DNA of 63,169 bases, the filler included, from Reticulomyxa filosa (lineage: Eukaryota > Protista > Foraminifera), in NCBI GenBank assembly GCA_000512085.1. It is 16 parts of 16 records of this genome, joined end to end, with 100 filler letters (N's around TTAATTAATTAA, not from the genome) between each part and the next. Parts side by side here need not be neighbours in the genome. Positions count along the whole stretch, not along the records: positions 1 to 1,000 come from ASPP01046815.1; positions 1,101 to 14,511 come from ASPP01024628.1; 14 more parts are not named here. One strand, written 5' to 3'. Below the pieces are notes generated by a model. That model made no database searches. It was not told the DNA's origin and saw only the letters and a list, made by a program, of their open reading frames with translations. This document shows positions 1-11,019 of this stretch, piece by piece (positions within the stretch are counted from its first letter, which is position 1; each line of letters starts with the position of its first letter). Made by a program: the position numbers and the translations under genes.

Positions 1-312
1 CCCCAATATCTTTTGCTAATTGGCAAGAACTAATGCCCTTTTTATGAGCATTAAAGATATAGCAAGCCATAAACCATTTTCTAAGGGAAATATTGGAATC
101 TTCAAAGATTGTGCCTTTACGGATTGAAAAATCTTTTTTACAATTTCTACATCTATTCCTTTTTACATCTGAATATTCCATTATATTATTACTTCCACAA
201 TGCGGACATCTTGGACTATCTTTCCAAAGAATTGATTTTAGATATTGTATGCAGTTTTTTCTGTCTTAAAGAATTGGCTTAATTCAAACAGATTTTTAAA
301 ATGTTTTTTCAT
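1..312 (-). mobile_element. IS1595-family transposase, N-terminal part (Zn ribbon + HTH), cut by the window edge, one frameshift
   Basis: Manual minus-strand translation from ATG 312: MKKHFKNLFELSQFFKTEK-[frameshift in 6-nt A run, 255-260]-CIQYLKSILWKDSPRCPHCGSNNIMEYSDVKRNRCRNCKKDFSIRKGTIFEDSNISLRKWFMACYIFNAHKKGISSCQLAKDIG. CPxC...CxxC..F.IRxGTIFE, KWF and KGISSxQLA are typical of IS1595 transposases. Not in the ORF track. Confidence 0.9.
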
Positions 313-651
313 ATAAGCTAATCAAAAAGTTATATTTATATATAATGATCTATTTTTGCCTAAATATCAAGCATTTTAGATCACTTATAGGGTGACATTC
401 TTTATAATTACCCAAAATCCAGTTCGAAATTTCTGCACTGGTGCACCACTATTTATCAAAGGTTCAGACTCTCTAAAATTCCCAAAAAATTGCTTAACAA
501 CTTGTCCGGAAAAGTGTTGCCACATCACTACATGGATGGATGAAAAAACAGAACAGTCGGTATGGGTGGTTTCGATCGTTATTCAAGTGGTCCATCTAAC
601 GCTCGTTTTACTATTTGTTGTCAAGGTTTCTAATTTAAAGACCAGCTCCTG

Positions 652-863
652 AACGTCAGTTATGGATAAACGGGTAGAAAGACATGCTTAAAAGTAGGCT
701 TAGTTTGCTTGAAAGAATATGCAACAAAGCATGCGAGGATATTAATGAAGAAATTAGTTACAGACCTATGCCTTGTATGCTCCAGGTTCATGTGGTTTTT
801 CATGATATGGAAAATGGATTCTATGTTAAACCTTTTTCGGAGTAGGATCTTATCAATCAGTAG
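652..863 (-). mobile_element. IS982-family transposase C-terminus with right terminal repeat (5'-truncated by another IS)
   Basis: Minus frame LLIDKILLRKRFNIESIFHIMKNHMNLEHTRHRSVTNFFINILACFVAYSFKQTKPTF...YP* (stop 660-662). LLRKR..IE, EHTRHRS and KP are IS982 signatures. The stop lies within a terminal sequence TTATCCATAACTGACGTT (652-669) that resembles IS982 ends. Confidence 0.88.
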
Positions 864-1000
864 ACTTCTTTCGAAACTAAAAGAAATAGATTAAAAAGTA
901 TTTAGTAACTAATATAGGAAGTTATGAAATACGAAGCTATCAAAGGGTTAAATTCAGACCAATTTCGCCGTTTAACCGGTGTAAAGAAAGAAACATTCGA
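862..1000 (+). mobile_element. IS5-family (ISL2-like) element: left end and transposase N-terminus, truncated by contig end
   Basis: Terminal-repeat-like AGACTTCTTTCGAAACT at 862-878, exactly where IS982 homology stops. SD-like AGGA at 916-919, then ATG 924 MKYEAIKGLNSDQFRRLTGVKKETF. FRRLTGV is the HTH_Tnp_4 signature. Confidence 0.82.
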
Positions 1001-1100
1001 NNNNNNNNNNNNNNNNNNNNNNNNNNNNNNNNNNNNNNNNNNNNTTAATTAATTAANNNNNNNNNNNNNNNNNNNNNNNNNNNNNNNNNNNNNNNNNNNN
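1001..1100. other. Artificial contig-joining linker (N44-TTAATTAATTAA-N44); 15 copies
   Basis: Identical 100-nt spacers with stops in all six frames at 1001-1100, 14512-14611, 18310-18409, 23459-23558, 25875-25974, 32527-32626, 35239-35338, 40618-40717, 44536-44635, 45636-45735, 47173-47272, 56129-56228, 58265-58364, 60270-60369 and 61727-61826. Confidence 0.99.
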
Positions 1101-1139
<39 letters not shown>

Positions 1140-4100
1140 TGATGACCAAGAAGTGACAGAGGAAGATCAAGCTGTTTCTTCTTCTTTGTCATCGCCGGGC
1201 CATTTGACAGAAAAAACTCTTAGTGGACACAATTTACTGAATGCAACACCTTTGGATGTATACACGTCAAGACAACACACCTTTGTATTGAGCAATGATC
1301 AAAACAACCAATTGTATGGAGCTTGCGTCATTTTTTATGAAGAGCATCCAAAAACTTCTGGTTTCGTCTCTTTTCTATTCCACCATTTCATTTCACATCA
1401 CTTTTTTTTTTAAAAACAAAAAAATTGAACCTTTCCCCTTTTTTTTTTTTTAGAACTTGACCCGTGTCAAAAATGACAATGCATAAAATAACTCCAAAAA
1501 AAAAAAAAAAATAAATACTTAGCAATGAAAAATGTGATATCATCCGAATTCGAAACGGTATACATTCCGAAAGGATTATGTGTGCTCTCTCATTACCCCT
1601 TTTTCAATGGCTTTTCAGTATTTTTAAATCACATTTATCGGGTGTCTTGCTCGCCCGCCAACAGTGTGCCGTTGGAGAAATATGTGAGCCATTTTGTTCA
1701 CAATGTCCCCTTGCCGTTGGCCGGCCACCCTGGAGTGATCTATCGTCTGGGCTTAAATAATATCAAATTCTGCTTGTCTCATGAGTTTGACTTGCCTACT
1801 CTCAACTTCTCTTTACAAATCTTGTTTCGCTGCTTGGAGATTGAAGACGTGATCACGCTCTTCGGCTTGGTGCTCATGGAGCGCAAAATTGTTTTGGTGT
1901 CCAAGCATTACCACATCATCACACCCGTGGCAGAGGCTATTCGCGCTTTGATTTACCCCTTTCAGTGGAAATACACTTGTTTAGTTGCCTTTTTTTTTTT
2001 TTTTTTTTTGCAAAATGCAATGTTCCGCTTTTGTGATTAAACAAACTTTCTTTTTTTTTTTTTTTGTTCATACGTATAAAAAAGTTATTCCAGTGCTGCC
2101 GGAAAAATTAAAAGCCTATTTGGAAGCTATTGTCCCTTTCATCGTTGGGATGCATCGGTCTTTTTACGACGAAGTGTTTTTAGCTGACGATGTTATGAAT
2201 ATCGTTTCCTTCTCCCTTGTCTCTCTTCCAACATTTTTCAAAACTAAATAAATATGTATTATATATTATATACATATAATACATATATACATATACATAT
2301 ATATATACATATATATATGTATATATATATATATATATATAACATATGTATTTATTATTTTGCGATAGATCATCACCGTCGATTTGGATGAAAACATGAT
2401 TGGCATCACGGAAGATCACGGACGCCGTAAACGTCCGATCAATAGTCTGCAAGGCTCTTGGTGCCGTTGTGACGACTCCAACCACATTCACACCTCGGAG
2501 ACTCATCACATCCCCAAAGCGTGGCGAGCCATGTTGCAAAACGAATTGCGCAAGTGCGTCTCGCTGGTATAGGGGGCGACTTTGCCGATATTCGCGACGC
2601 CACAAGTGCCGCCGGGGCCAATGTGGTGGCGGGATTAGGAGCCATGGCACCCAGCAGTGGCTATGCCGAAGACTACGATGGGGAAAATGGCGGCGAAGTG
2701 TTGCTATTGGACGAGACCGTGGAAGAGCAATTCGATGCGCAGCGGGTGCGGATTGCTTTTTTGCAATTTTTTGTATACGTCTTCCGCAATTATCGTGCGT
2801 TTGTCCAATACACCGAGCCCAAGAATTTGGGAATGACATTTCAAACTCAAGAATTTTTATTATCGTTTGCAGAAAACGAAAGAGTTTTTTTTTTTTTTTT
2901 GCACAAAAAAAAAAAATACGCATAATTTGATTGAGAAAGAATAACGTGCGCCCTCACTTTTTTTTTTTTTTTTTTTAGACATTCGTTTCGGATCTGTTGA
3001 AAACAGAACAATGGGCTTCATTCATTGAAAAAAGGTTATTACATTTAGTTTTTTTGTTTTTTTTGTCATCACAATCGTGTTACTCCCTCCCTTTCCCCTT
3101 TCGAAAAAATAGAACTTGTGGGGACTCAGCCAAACTTGGCAGTGATGTAGTTACCTTCGATTATCTCATCTCTCGTTCTGTGGAGGTGCAGGCGGATCCA
3201 ACAGGCATCGCCCAACGCGTAGCAACATCGAATGGGAACGCCCATGTCGATACGTCGAGTATGCACGAGTCCACATCCGATGCCAATGTACCCACGTCTC
3301 AACTCAAAGACGCCGACAATGCCAACATGATTCCGATGAATACCTCTATGGCCGCTTCCGAAAAGCGCTTCCATAAACCCTTTTCATGCAAGCCTTTGCC
3401 ATTGACTTTGCTGAAAGAGCTGAAGCAATTGCAGTTGCAAGACTCCTATTCTAGTTTTTTGCCTTACATTGTGTCCCCACCAGATGAGAATCCGACTGAG
3501 GAAGAACTGAAAAATGGTGTGTCGGATTTGCATTATGTGTGCATGTATCAATCACTGTATACATAAATGTATATACGTACATATTTTTTTGTTTTGTTTT
3601 ATGTTTTGAAATGGGCTAATACGCAGCTCCATATCAATATGATCATTTCCCTGGATTGAACCAGCAACTAATGAAAAAATACTATAAACAATCGAAGCGC
3701 AAATTAGTTGCATATGACAAGAATTCATGGGAACTGATGCAAAAAGTATCCACTCATGACGACCCTTTTGAGGTCGAGGATGCTGCCAGTCCCGTTGGTG
3801 GAACTGACAATGACCATCACCTGGACTACGATATAGATTCACCAAAAGACGTTGATCTGTATGTTCCCCTTTTTTTTTTTTTTAAAAAAAAATAAAAAAA
3901 TAAAAAACAAAACAAAAAAAAAAAATAACAAATGACAACCAAAGCTCAAAAAAAGCGAGGAAAAGTATATCGATGGAATCGAGCAGTGCAGCTCCTCAAT
4001 TCCCATCGGTAGGCTTCAGCCACGAGCCGACGAAACGAGACATGTTCACCATCCAACATATGAACGAGAGCTATGAAGAGCTAATTGAAGAAATGGTCGC

Positions 4101-7100
4101 TGCTTGCAACAGCTACATTGACCGGATCAAAGGCTGGAAGGACAAAGTCAACATTTCCGCGCCTTTTTTTCACTGTCGTGTTGATTCGACAAGTATGAAC
4201 GAGTCCATTCATGGATTGGTTGACAAAGTGTATGAAATGTGGTTTGCCGTGTTTAGTCATTACGCCATCAATCGACTCAGTCTTCATACTATTTCACCTA
4301 AAAGGTATGTTTATTTGTATTGCAAAAAAAAAAAAAAAAAGCATCTCTTGGCTACAGAGACGTACACACATATGTACATATATGTATATACGTATTTATG
4401 TGGACAGAGATTTCATTGAAGCCCTCATCGTGACTGAACAGCTCCTAAAAAGTGGATTCAAACCCAACGATACAATGATGAGGTATTTGGCGGCGATTCC
4501 CAATCACTGCTGTTTAGAACGTGAAATGGTATTGTTGGATCGATGGATGGTTCGTTTGGATGTGCTGCCCAGTTTGGGTTATTTGGAAGATATCATCAAA
4601 GCCAATTCGCGGCGATTGCATGTCGAGTATCGCAAATTCGAGTGCTATTACAGAGATACACGCTTACCACTTCCACAGCGCAGTGAATTTGGTTTTTATG
4701 ACCAAGACCCAGTCGATTGCTACCCTTACACGCACGTATTGGATTGTGCGCCAGAGTCTTTTTTTGACTATTATTTGACCGATTTGCCAAAGCGAATCTT
4801 ATTGCATTGTCAGTGCAAGACATGCAAACGTCTGTTGAGTGGAGAAGAGATCATTGCCGGCTTTGAAAATTATAAGCAATACAAAGTTTTGTTTTTGGTT
4901 TTTTTTTGAATTCTAATATACGTAAAACTGCAAATGTAAATACACGGTATACGTAATGAAATTTCGAATCTCATTTTAAATTGTAAAAAAAAAAAAAAGG
5001 AATGGTACATTAGAAATGAAAAAGACGTCACTCAAGCAGCTCCAGTACTGAAAAAATCAAGGAATTTACTGGCATGAAAGCGTCTCAAACGACAATGAAT
5101 TCATCTCTTATCTCGCGTCCACCTTCCAAATGGGCGATCATTTGTCCCGTTTGTTTTTCTGGTAATGTAGTGGGAGGGGGGGGGGGGAGGAGAGAGGAAG
5201 TGTTTGATAGAGCTCATTCGTTTACTTGTTTGTTTGGTCTCTCCAGAAAATGCGGCGGTTCTAGACTTGTTTGGTGGCATTTTGCCTGGAGAATACAAGT
5301 ACAGCTTGAATGAAAATATCTCTTATTTATTAGTGGACACAATAGACACAAGTAACCATTCCAAGCCATCACTGATAACACTGCCAAACCTGTCAAATGC
5401 AACGACTGGGAATGGGCCTTTGGGCGACGATGGAGGACTCACACACACACGCAAGCAGTACAACATGTTGTCGCTGCAATACTTGCACGACCGGATATTG
5501 CGCATAGTGGAGGAGTCGTATGAACATTACCCAACCACCGAATTGCCGCATTCGTTTTTGGAATTGGCAAAAATGTGGAATAAAGATGTGAAGGACGACC
5601 CACAAAAAAAAGAAAAGGAGCGGGCAAAGCCCAAGCCAGACCGTTCGATAAAAGTCATTCGGTCCAAAGATGACGTATTTTGGAATTTGTTTGTGTACTT
5701 CCAGCTATTTGATTTGCCGATTAATTTTTTGTTTGGTGGGAAAAAAGAGTTTGAGCAAGAGATGAAAGTTGTCAACAAGACCTCGCGCAATCCCAAGACT
5801 TTGGAAAAAACACAGGCGATAACCACCAACGGACTTCTTGGAAACTCGGTGTTGACCACCAAGGAATATCTGTTGGCCGCGTTGCCGCATCATTCGTGGT
5901 GTATTGTCCATCGGAATGCAAAAGAAGAAGAAGACGATGATCCGACCAAACATTCGGTATAATTTGAGATACTTACAAAATGAAAAAGTATAAAAACACG
6001 TATACATATTTATGTACAACTTTTTTTTTTTTTTTGGGGGGGGGGGGAATTTACGTTTTTAAATGAAAGGAAGAATCCAGCAATGACTATGAAAGATCAA
6101 GTGTCCACGAAAAGCACAGCAGCGATGATTCGCAATTTCATGAATGGGTAATTCGCCCACCCTTGTTGACGCAAGAGAAAATGGACATTGCGAGTCTCTA
6201 TGTGATCGACACTCGACTGGAAAGAATGGAACCCGATCTTTATAAAGCGCTGGTCGATGGCATCAATGCCAAAGGCACCGGAAAGGCATTACGGTTGCTA
6301 TTGGACTGCCGCAAACAAATGGAAGAACAGAAAACTCGGGAGCATAGCAAAACAAATGTCGCATCCACCAATGCAATGTCAAGCACGTCCGGTTGGAGTG
6401 TGCACGAGTCGATTGAGACAAGTGAAGTGTCATTGAGTGGAAGTGGTGCGAGCAGTGCCACTCTCAGCGGAACGAAACACAAGCCACAATTGCTGTCGAG
6501 TGGCAATATTGAATTGGAAAAAGTGCTGATGAAAGAGCCATTGTATCGAATTGTCGGCAAAATCCAACCCGCTTTGGGCCGCTTTCAAGTCTTGGAATTT
6601 GCCAAGTCCTTTGAAAAAGCCGTTGCCAAAATGGGGACCAATTCTCGAAAGTTCTTCCGACAGAATCGCGACAAAGGCATTGTTGCCGCATTTGCGCCCA
6701 GAATTCAAGATGTCGTTCTGCTAGTTCGAGACACATATCATTCCGTCGAATTGTCAGACCTTGCTTTGGGTTTGTCGAAACATTTGTGTTTGTGTATGTG
6801 TTTTTTTTGCATTCCAAAAAGAACAACTAGACGATATATGAAAACTATTGTATGTATGTGCAATAGAAAAAGAAAATAAACAAGAGCCTGTAATGAATAC
6901 GAATGTTCAGTATGACATTGAACCTGGGTATGTACATTTGTATTTGTATTATTATTATTATTATTATTATTTATTGAACTATTCGAAATAAAATAAAATA
7001 AAAATGGGTGTTGACTTTTTTGCAGACAGCTTCATATGATATTAAACAATCACACGTTTGCACAACTAACGCAAGTGTCCGAAAAAGCGCAGCAGTGCAA

Positions 7101-8508
7101 CACAATAAGTGAAAAAGAGGATTCTCTGTCTCCACGACTCGTCGAAAAGAAACTCGACCTTGTGGAGGAGACTCTCTCCTCGCCACCTGCGAAACAGATA
7201 ACTGGCACGGGGTCGATGCATCAGAGAGAGCTAAGCTTGCTATCCAACCCACGCAAACGCCGACGATACAAAGCGGACCATCCTTGCTTCGTTCCCAATT
7301 TGAGGGACATTATGACGGGTGAGTATTGGTCTCATCACTTTCAAAAGTACATTGAAGACCATCAACCTTCGCGTTTAAAGTATTTGTATTTCTTACTGCT
7401 AATTGACGACTTTTATCAATATCGACTCGAGCCCCATCCGCAAAAGCTGGCCATTCCAAACCCACATAATATCGCCTTCAAACTATTTCAACAAGTGAAA
7501 CAGAAGCAGTCCCAACCATTCTCCGAAAATGCGTCACCACAAAAAGTGCAAGCGCAAAAGCAGGCTGCAAACGTTACAGATATCATCACGGCAGTCGATA
7601 CCAATAAAAGAGATAGTGTTCTTCAAGTCAGCTGTGTTCTGCAGTTTTTTTATCTACAAAAAATATTTTTTGTTTTTTTTTTTTTTTTGTTGGATTGACT
7701 TTGTAGCATCAATTAGCAAAACGACTTGTATCAAGTGGGGCTTACCATTGTTGGATGACAGGTAACCAAGTCAGGCCAGATATCACTGGTAAATGACGAA
7801 GAATTTTCCAGGAACGTGATTGGATTGGAAGAGTTAAGGGGTCCAAAACTTTCAATGGACAGTTCCTTATTGCCATCTGCTCCCTCTGATCTCGAACACG
7901 CATCTTCGAAAAACTTGTCCTCTGCATCGACCATGTTGGCCTCTCTTAGTACTTTGTCTCTGCGTGATCCGGAGGACAAAGGCAATAGACAGAATGACAA
8001 GAATCTGGAACGACAACAGTTGGCGATCGAACTGCAGCATTTAGATATTTCCTTTGATGTTTTCCAATTCTGGGGCGATACCACCCAGTCTTCTCCTCTT
8101 TACACTTTCAAAGAGTATTGCCTTATCCTTTATTACAATTTCATTCGAAAAGGCAGTCCTCACTTGATCCAACTTAGTGACAAACAATTGATTGCTGATA
8201 TTGAAAAATCCTTCTTTCATATTCAAGTCGACCAAAAAGATGGACTTGTCAAAAAAACTTTAAAGTCTCAAATCCCTTTCACTGTGTTTGACAAAATGTG
8301 GCTAGCTGTCTTTCGTTATGTTCATCAAGTGTGTTATGAACCATTTGTGATTTGGTTTAATTGCAGTCACTGATTGCAAAAAAAAAAAAAAAATAAAAAT
8401 AAAAAATAACATTTTTTTCCCTTGTTTTCCCTCTTATAGATCACAAAAAAAAAATTCACACTGCCTCTTTTGCCCAAACGTTCAATTGATCTTTTTCGTT
8501 GGCTGTAA
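1140..8508 (+). CDS. DENND4/Crag-like DENN-domain Rab GEF with PPR-like repeats, a Cys-rich C-terminal module and a split RGS domain (multi-exon, 5'-truncated)
   Basis: uDENN (HTFVLS..QLYGACVIFYE), cDENN (PKGLCVLSHYPFF; VLMERKIVLVS; ALIYPFQWKYTFIPVLP; IVPFIVGMH) and dDENN (RIAFLQFFVYVFRNYR; KTEQWASFIE). DENND4-like motifs: YQYDHFPGL, PPR-like helices, CKTC..EEIIAGF..CPVC, FWNLFVYFQLFDLP. RGS halves at ~7300-7430 and ~8110-8460. GT-AG joins checked in frame, e.g. 5957-6069, 6770-6866, 6928-7025, 7627-7761, 8347-8439. Two 1-nt frameshifts (~2560, ~5055). Confidence 0.85.
2255..2345. repeat. (AT/AC)n microsatellite in a DENN gene intron
   Basis: Imperfect ATATATAC repeats; similar tracts at 25977-26020 and 35157-35235. 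Confidence 0.9.
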
Positions 8509-8704
8509 CATTCCATTAACGCAAAAAAGTTTATTTCAAGAATCCCTTTTCAATCTGAATAAAAAATATAATCTTGTAAAAGTTCGCAAGACTTTTTTTA
8601 AACCAGGTAATCAACATCTCTTATTTTCCAATCATAATTCAGATTTTTGTAAAAAAAAAAAGAAAGAAGAAACACGTCTCAAACTTGACCAAAGGAGAAG
8701 TGGA

Positions 8705-10051
8705 ATGACAAACGAATCACATTTGGATTTGGCATTCGAATCCGACGTTGAATTTTTGAAAAAACTCGAAGAAAGACATACATTGCGAAAGGAAAGTGAG
8801 AAGAAGAGCAGATCAGAAGACGAAGCCACGGAGGATGAAGACCCAATAAGTCGGATTGAAGAGTACCTGAAAAGTGGCAAGTCCTTGCGAGACGCAAACA
8901 TCAAGGGAGTATCATTTTTGATGTATTGTTGTGCAACAATCAATGAAGAATTGGGATGCAAGATCATTGAGGAAGGGATAGATGTGGATATGATGGAACC
9001 TTGGGATTATGGACAGACGCCATTGCACGTATGTGCGCAAATGGATATGTATATGTTGGCAGAGAAAATTCTGGAAAAAAGTAAGGAAAAGAAAGAAGAA
9101 GAAGAGGTACTACAAGCAGTAACGGATGACATGCCAGTGCAATATGGGATGTTTGAATCTGGAGGGCGGACCCCAATTCACTATAGTGCGATTCATGGCA
9201 ATACAAACCTGTTAAAATTGTTCTTGCGCTATATTCCATCAGAACGACAAAAGACAGCGCTGTTGCAAAAAGACATGGATGGCAATGATGTGTGGACATT
9301 AGCGTTGATGTACAAACACTTTGATATTGCCAAGTACTTGATGGAATTGAATTGTTGGGTTGCTCCTCGTGATGAGGACGCATCATCACTCTCAACTATT
9401 GATTTGAAAGCTATTTCTGAAAAATTACAACTCAAACGAAATCAGGATTCCAAAACTACTCGTGCACGGTTTGATCAGTACAATGATGATATTGTTGCCA
9501 ATGAAAAAAATTGCATGCGTCAGGTCTTTGTGGTGAAAAATGTACTGTCCGAACAATTGTGCAAACAGATCTTACACTATATTGGCTCTGTGAATATGGA
9601 GTGGACCACCACTCGCCATCGAAGTTATGCAACAACAGATATTCCTTCCTATTACTTGGACTTCCAATTCGATGAATGGCTAAGGCAATTACTTCGAAAA
9701 TTTCTCTTCCCTTCGATCATTGAAAAGTATCATTTAAGTAAATCCTTTGAATTTGGCTTCAAAGACTTGTTCTTTGTTAAATACAGCTCCCTTGGCCAAA
9801 ATCATTTGCAACTGCATCGTGATGGCTCGTTTGTTTCGTTCAATCTTTTGTTGAATGACAAGTCAGACTTTGTCGGTGGAGGCACTTTCTTTCAACACTT
9901 GGATCAAGTAGTCGAAATTCAAAGAGGACAATGTTGCATTCACAGTGGCAAAGTCTTGCATGCAGGTAATGCCATCACTCAAGGAGAACGCTATATTTTG
10001 GTGGGCTTTTTGGAAGGAAAAGACAGAAGTAAGAACTCGCTTATCAAGTAA
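8705..10051 (+). CDS. Ankyrin-repeat + 2OG-Fe(II) oxygenase (PLOD/OGFOD2/P4H-like) fusion protein, intronless
   Basis: Ankyrin motifs GQTPLHVCA, GRTPIHYSA and DMDGNDVWTLA. C-terminal FFVKY..QNHLQLHRDGS..FNLLLN..DFVGGGTFF..HAGNAITQGERYILVGF carries the HxD...H iron triad and the 2OG-binding Arg. First in-frame ATG is at 8705. Confidence 0.9.
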   Translation: MTNESHLDLAFESDVEFLKKLEERHTLRKESEKKSRSEDEATEDEDPISRIEEYLKSGKSLRDANIKGVSFLMYCCATINEELGCKIIEEGIDVDMMEPWDYGQTPLHVCAQMDMYMLAEKILEKSKEKKEEEEVLQAVTDDMPVQYGMFESGGRTPIHYSAIHGNTNLLKLFLRYIPSERQKTALLQKDMDGNDVWTLALMYKHFDIAKYLMELNCWVAPRDEDASSLSTIDLKAISEKLQLKRNQDSKTTRARFDQYNDDIVANEKNCMRQVFVVKNVLSEQLCKQILHYIGSVNMEWTTTRHRSYATTDIPSYYLDFQFDEWLRQLLRKFLFPSIIEKYHLSKSFEFGFKDLFFVKYSSLGQNHLQLHRDGSFVSFNLLLNDKSDFVGGGTFFQHLDQVVEIQRGQCCIHSGKVLHAGNAITQGERYILVGFLEGKDRSKNSLIK

Positions 10052-11019
10052 CATTTTACTTACAAAAAAATTTGTGTCCAAAGAATTATTAGAAATCTAT
10101 AACGTTCAACAATACGGCATTTTTTTTTGGAAGTGACATATGCTTTTTTTTTGTTTTTGTCTTGATTGGGTTCATACAGAATTCTTAATTTAGGAATAAA
10201 ACAATAGTAGATTCGGATCGTTTCATAAAAAATTTAAACTGATTTGTATGTTTTTTCCGTCTTCCTCAAACGACTGTGACCCAGCCGCTGTCTTGCGATT
10301 AAAATTACTCGTAATTTTAAACCTCATTTATTTGCTCGTTATCTCAATGAAATGATTACAACATTTCAAAAATTTTTGGAGTTAAAAAAAAAAATTCTAC
10401 TAGTTTAAGCTTTGTACATAACAAAAACAATAAAGAAATTATTTTACAATCTTGCATAAATATATCAACGAAAAAATCACGGATTCAACATTTGAATAAA
10501 TACAATCATTACGGTTGATTTGACAAAACATTAGTTTTACAATAAAAGAAAAAAAATTGCATGATCAATACATAAGTGGTACTGTTCAAATTTATCCAAC
10601 ACTTCTTTATCCACAAAAAATTCTTTTACACTAAATTCGATTTATAATACTACTTCAGATTTCGAAAAATGCAAAAAAAGTCATTTTTGTATAGCTTGAC
10701 AACTAAAAAAATAATTTTTTCTTTTTTTATATTAGCTTTATTAATTTATTTTTGTTTAGCAAATTTTTGCAATACGAAACACTTGTTAGTTGTAAAGAAT
10801 TCAATTTATTAATTTCGTTTAAATGCAAAAATTACGTTAAGCATGGACATAATTATAAGTTTAATTCACCATACAATTTGCTTTTGAAACGTTCTTATGT
10901 TCATTTCTTTTGTTATTTATATGTTTCAGTATGAATTAATTATTTTTTACAATATACTTTCGTTAAAGATCGAGAACAGAACAATGTGATACTACATACA
11001 ATTTTTTATATAAAAAAAA

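Noticed and set aside
1045-1056. Recurrent TTAATTAATTAA motif flanked by Ns as a biological repeat or CRISPR-like array
   Set aside because: Identical 100-nt construct at every contig boundary with stops in all six frames; it is an artificial linker. Gene adjacency across linkers is meaningless.
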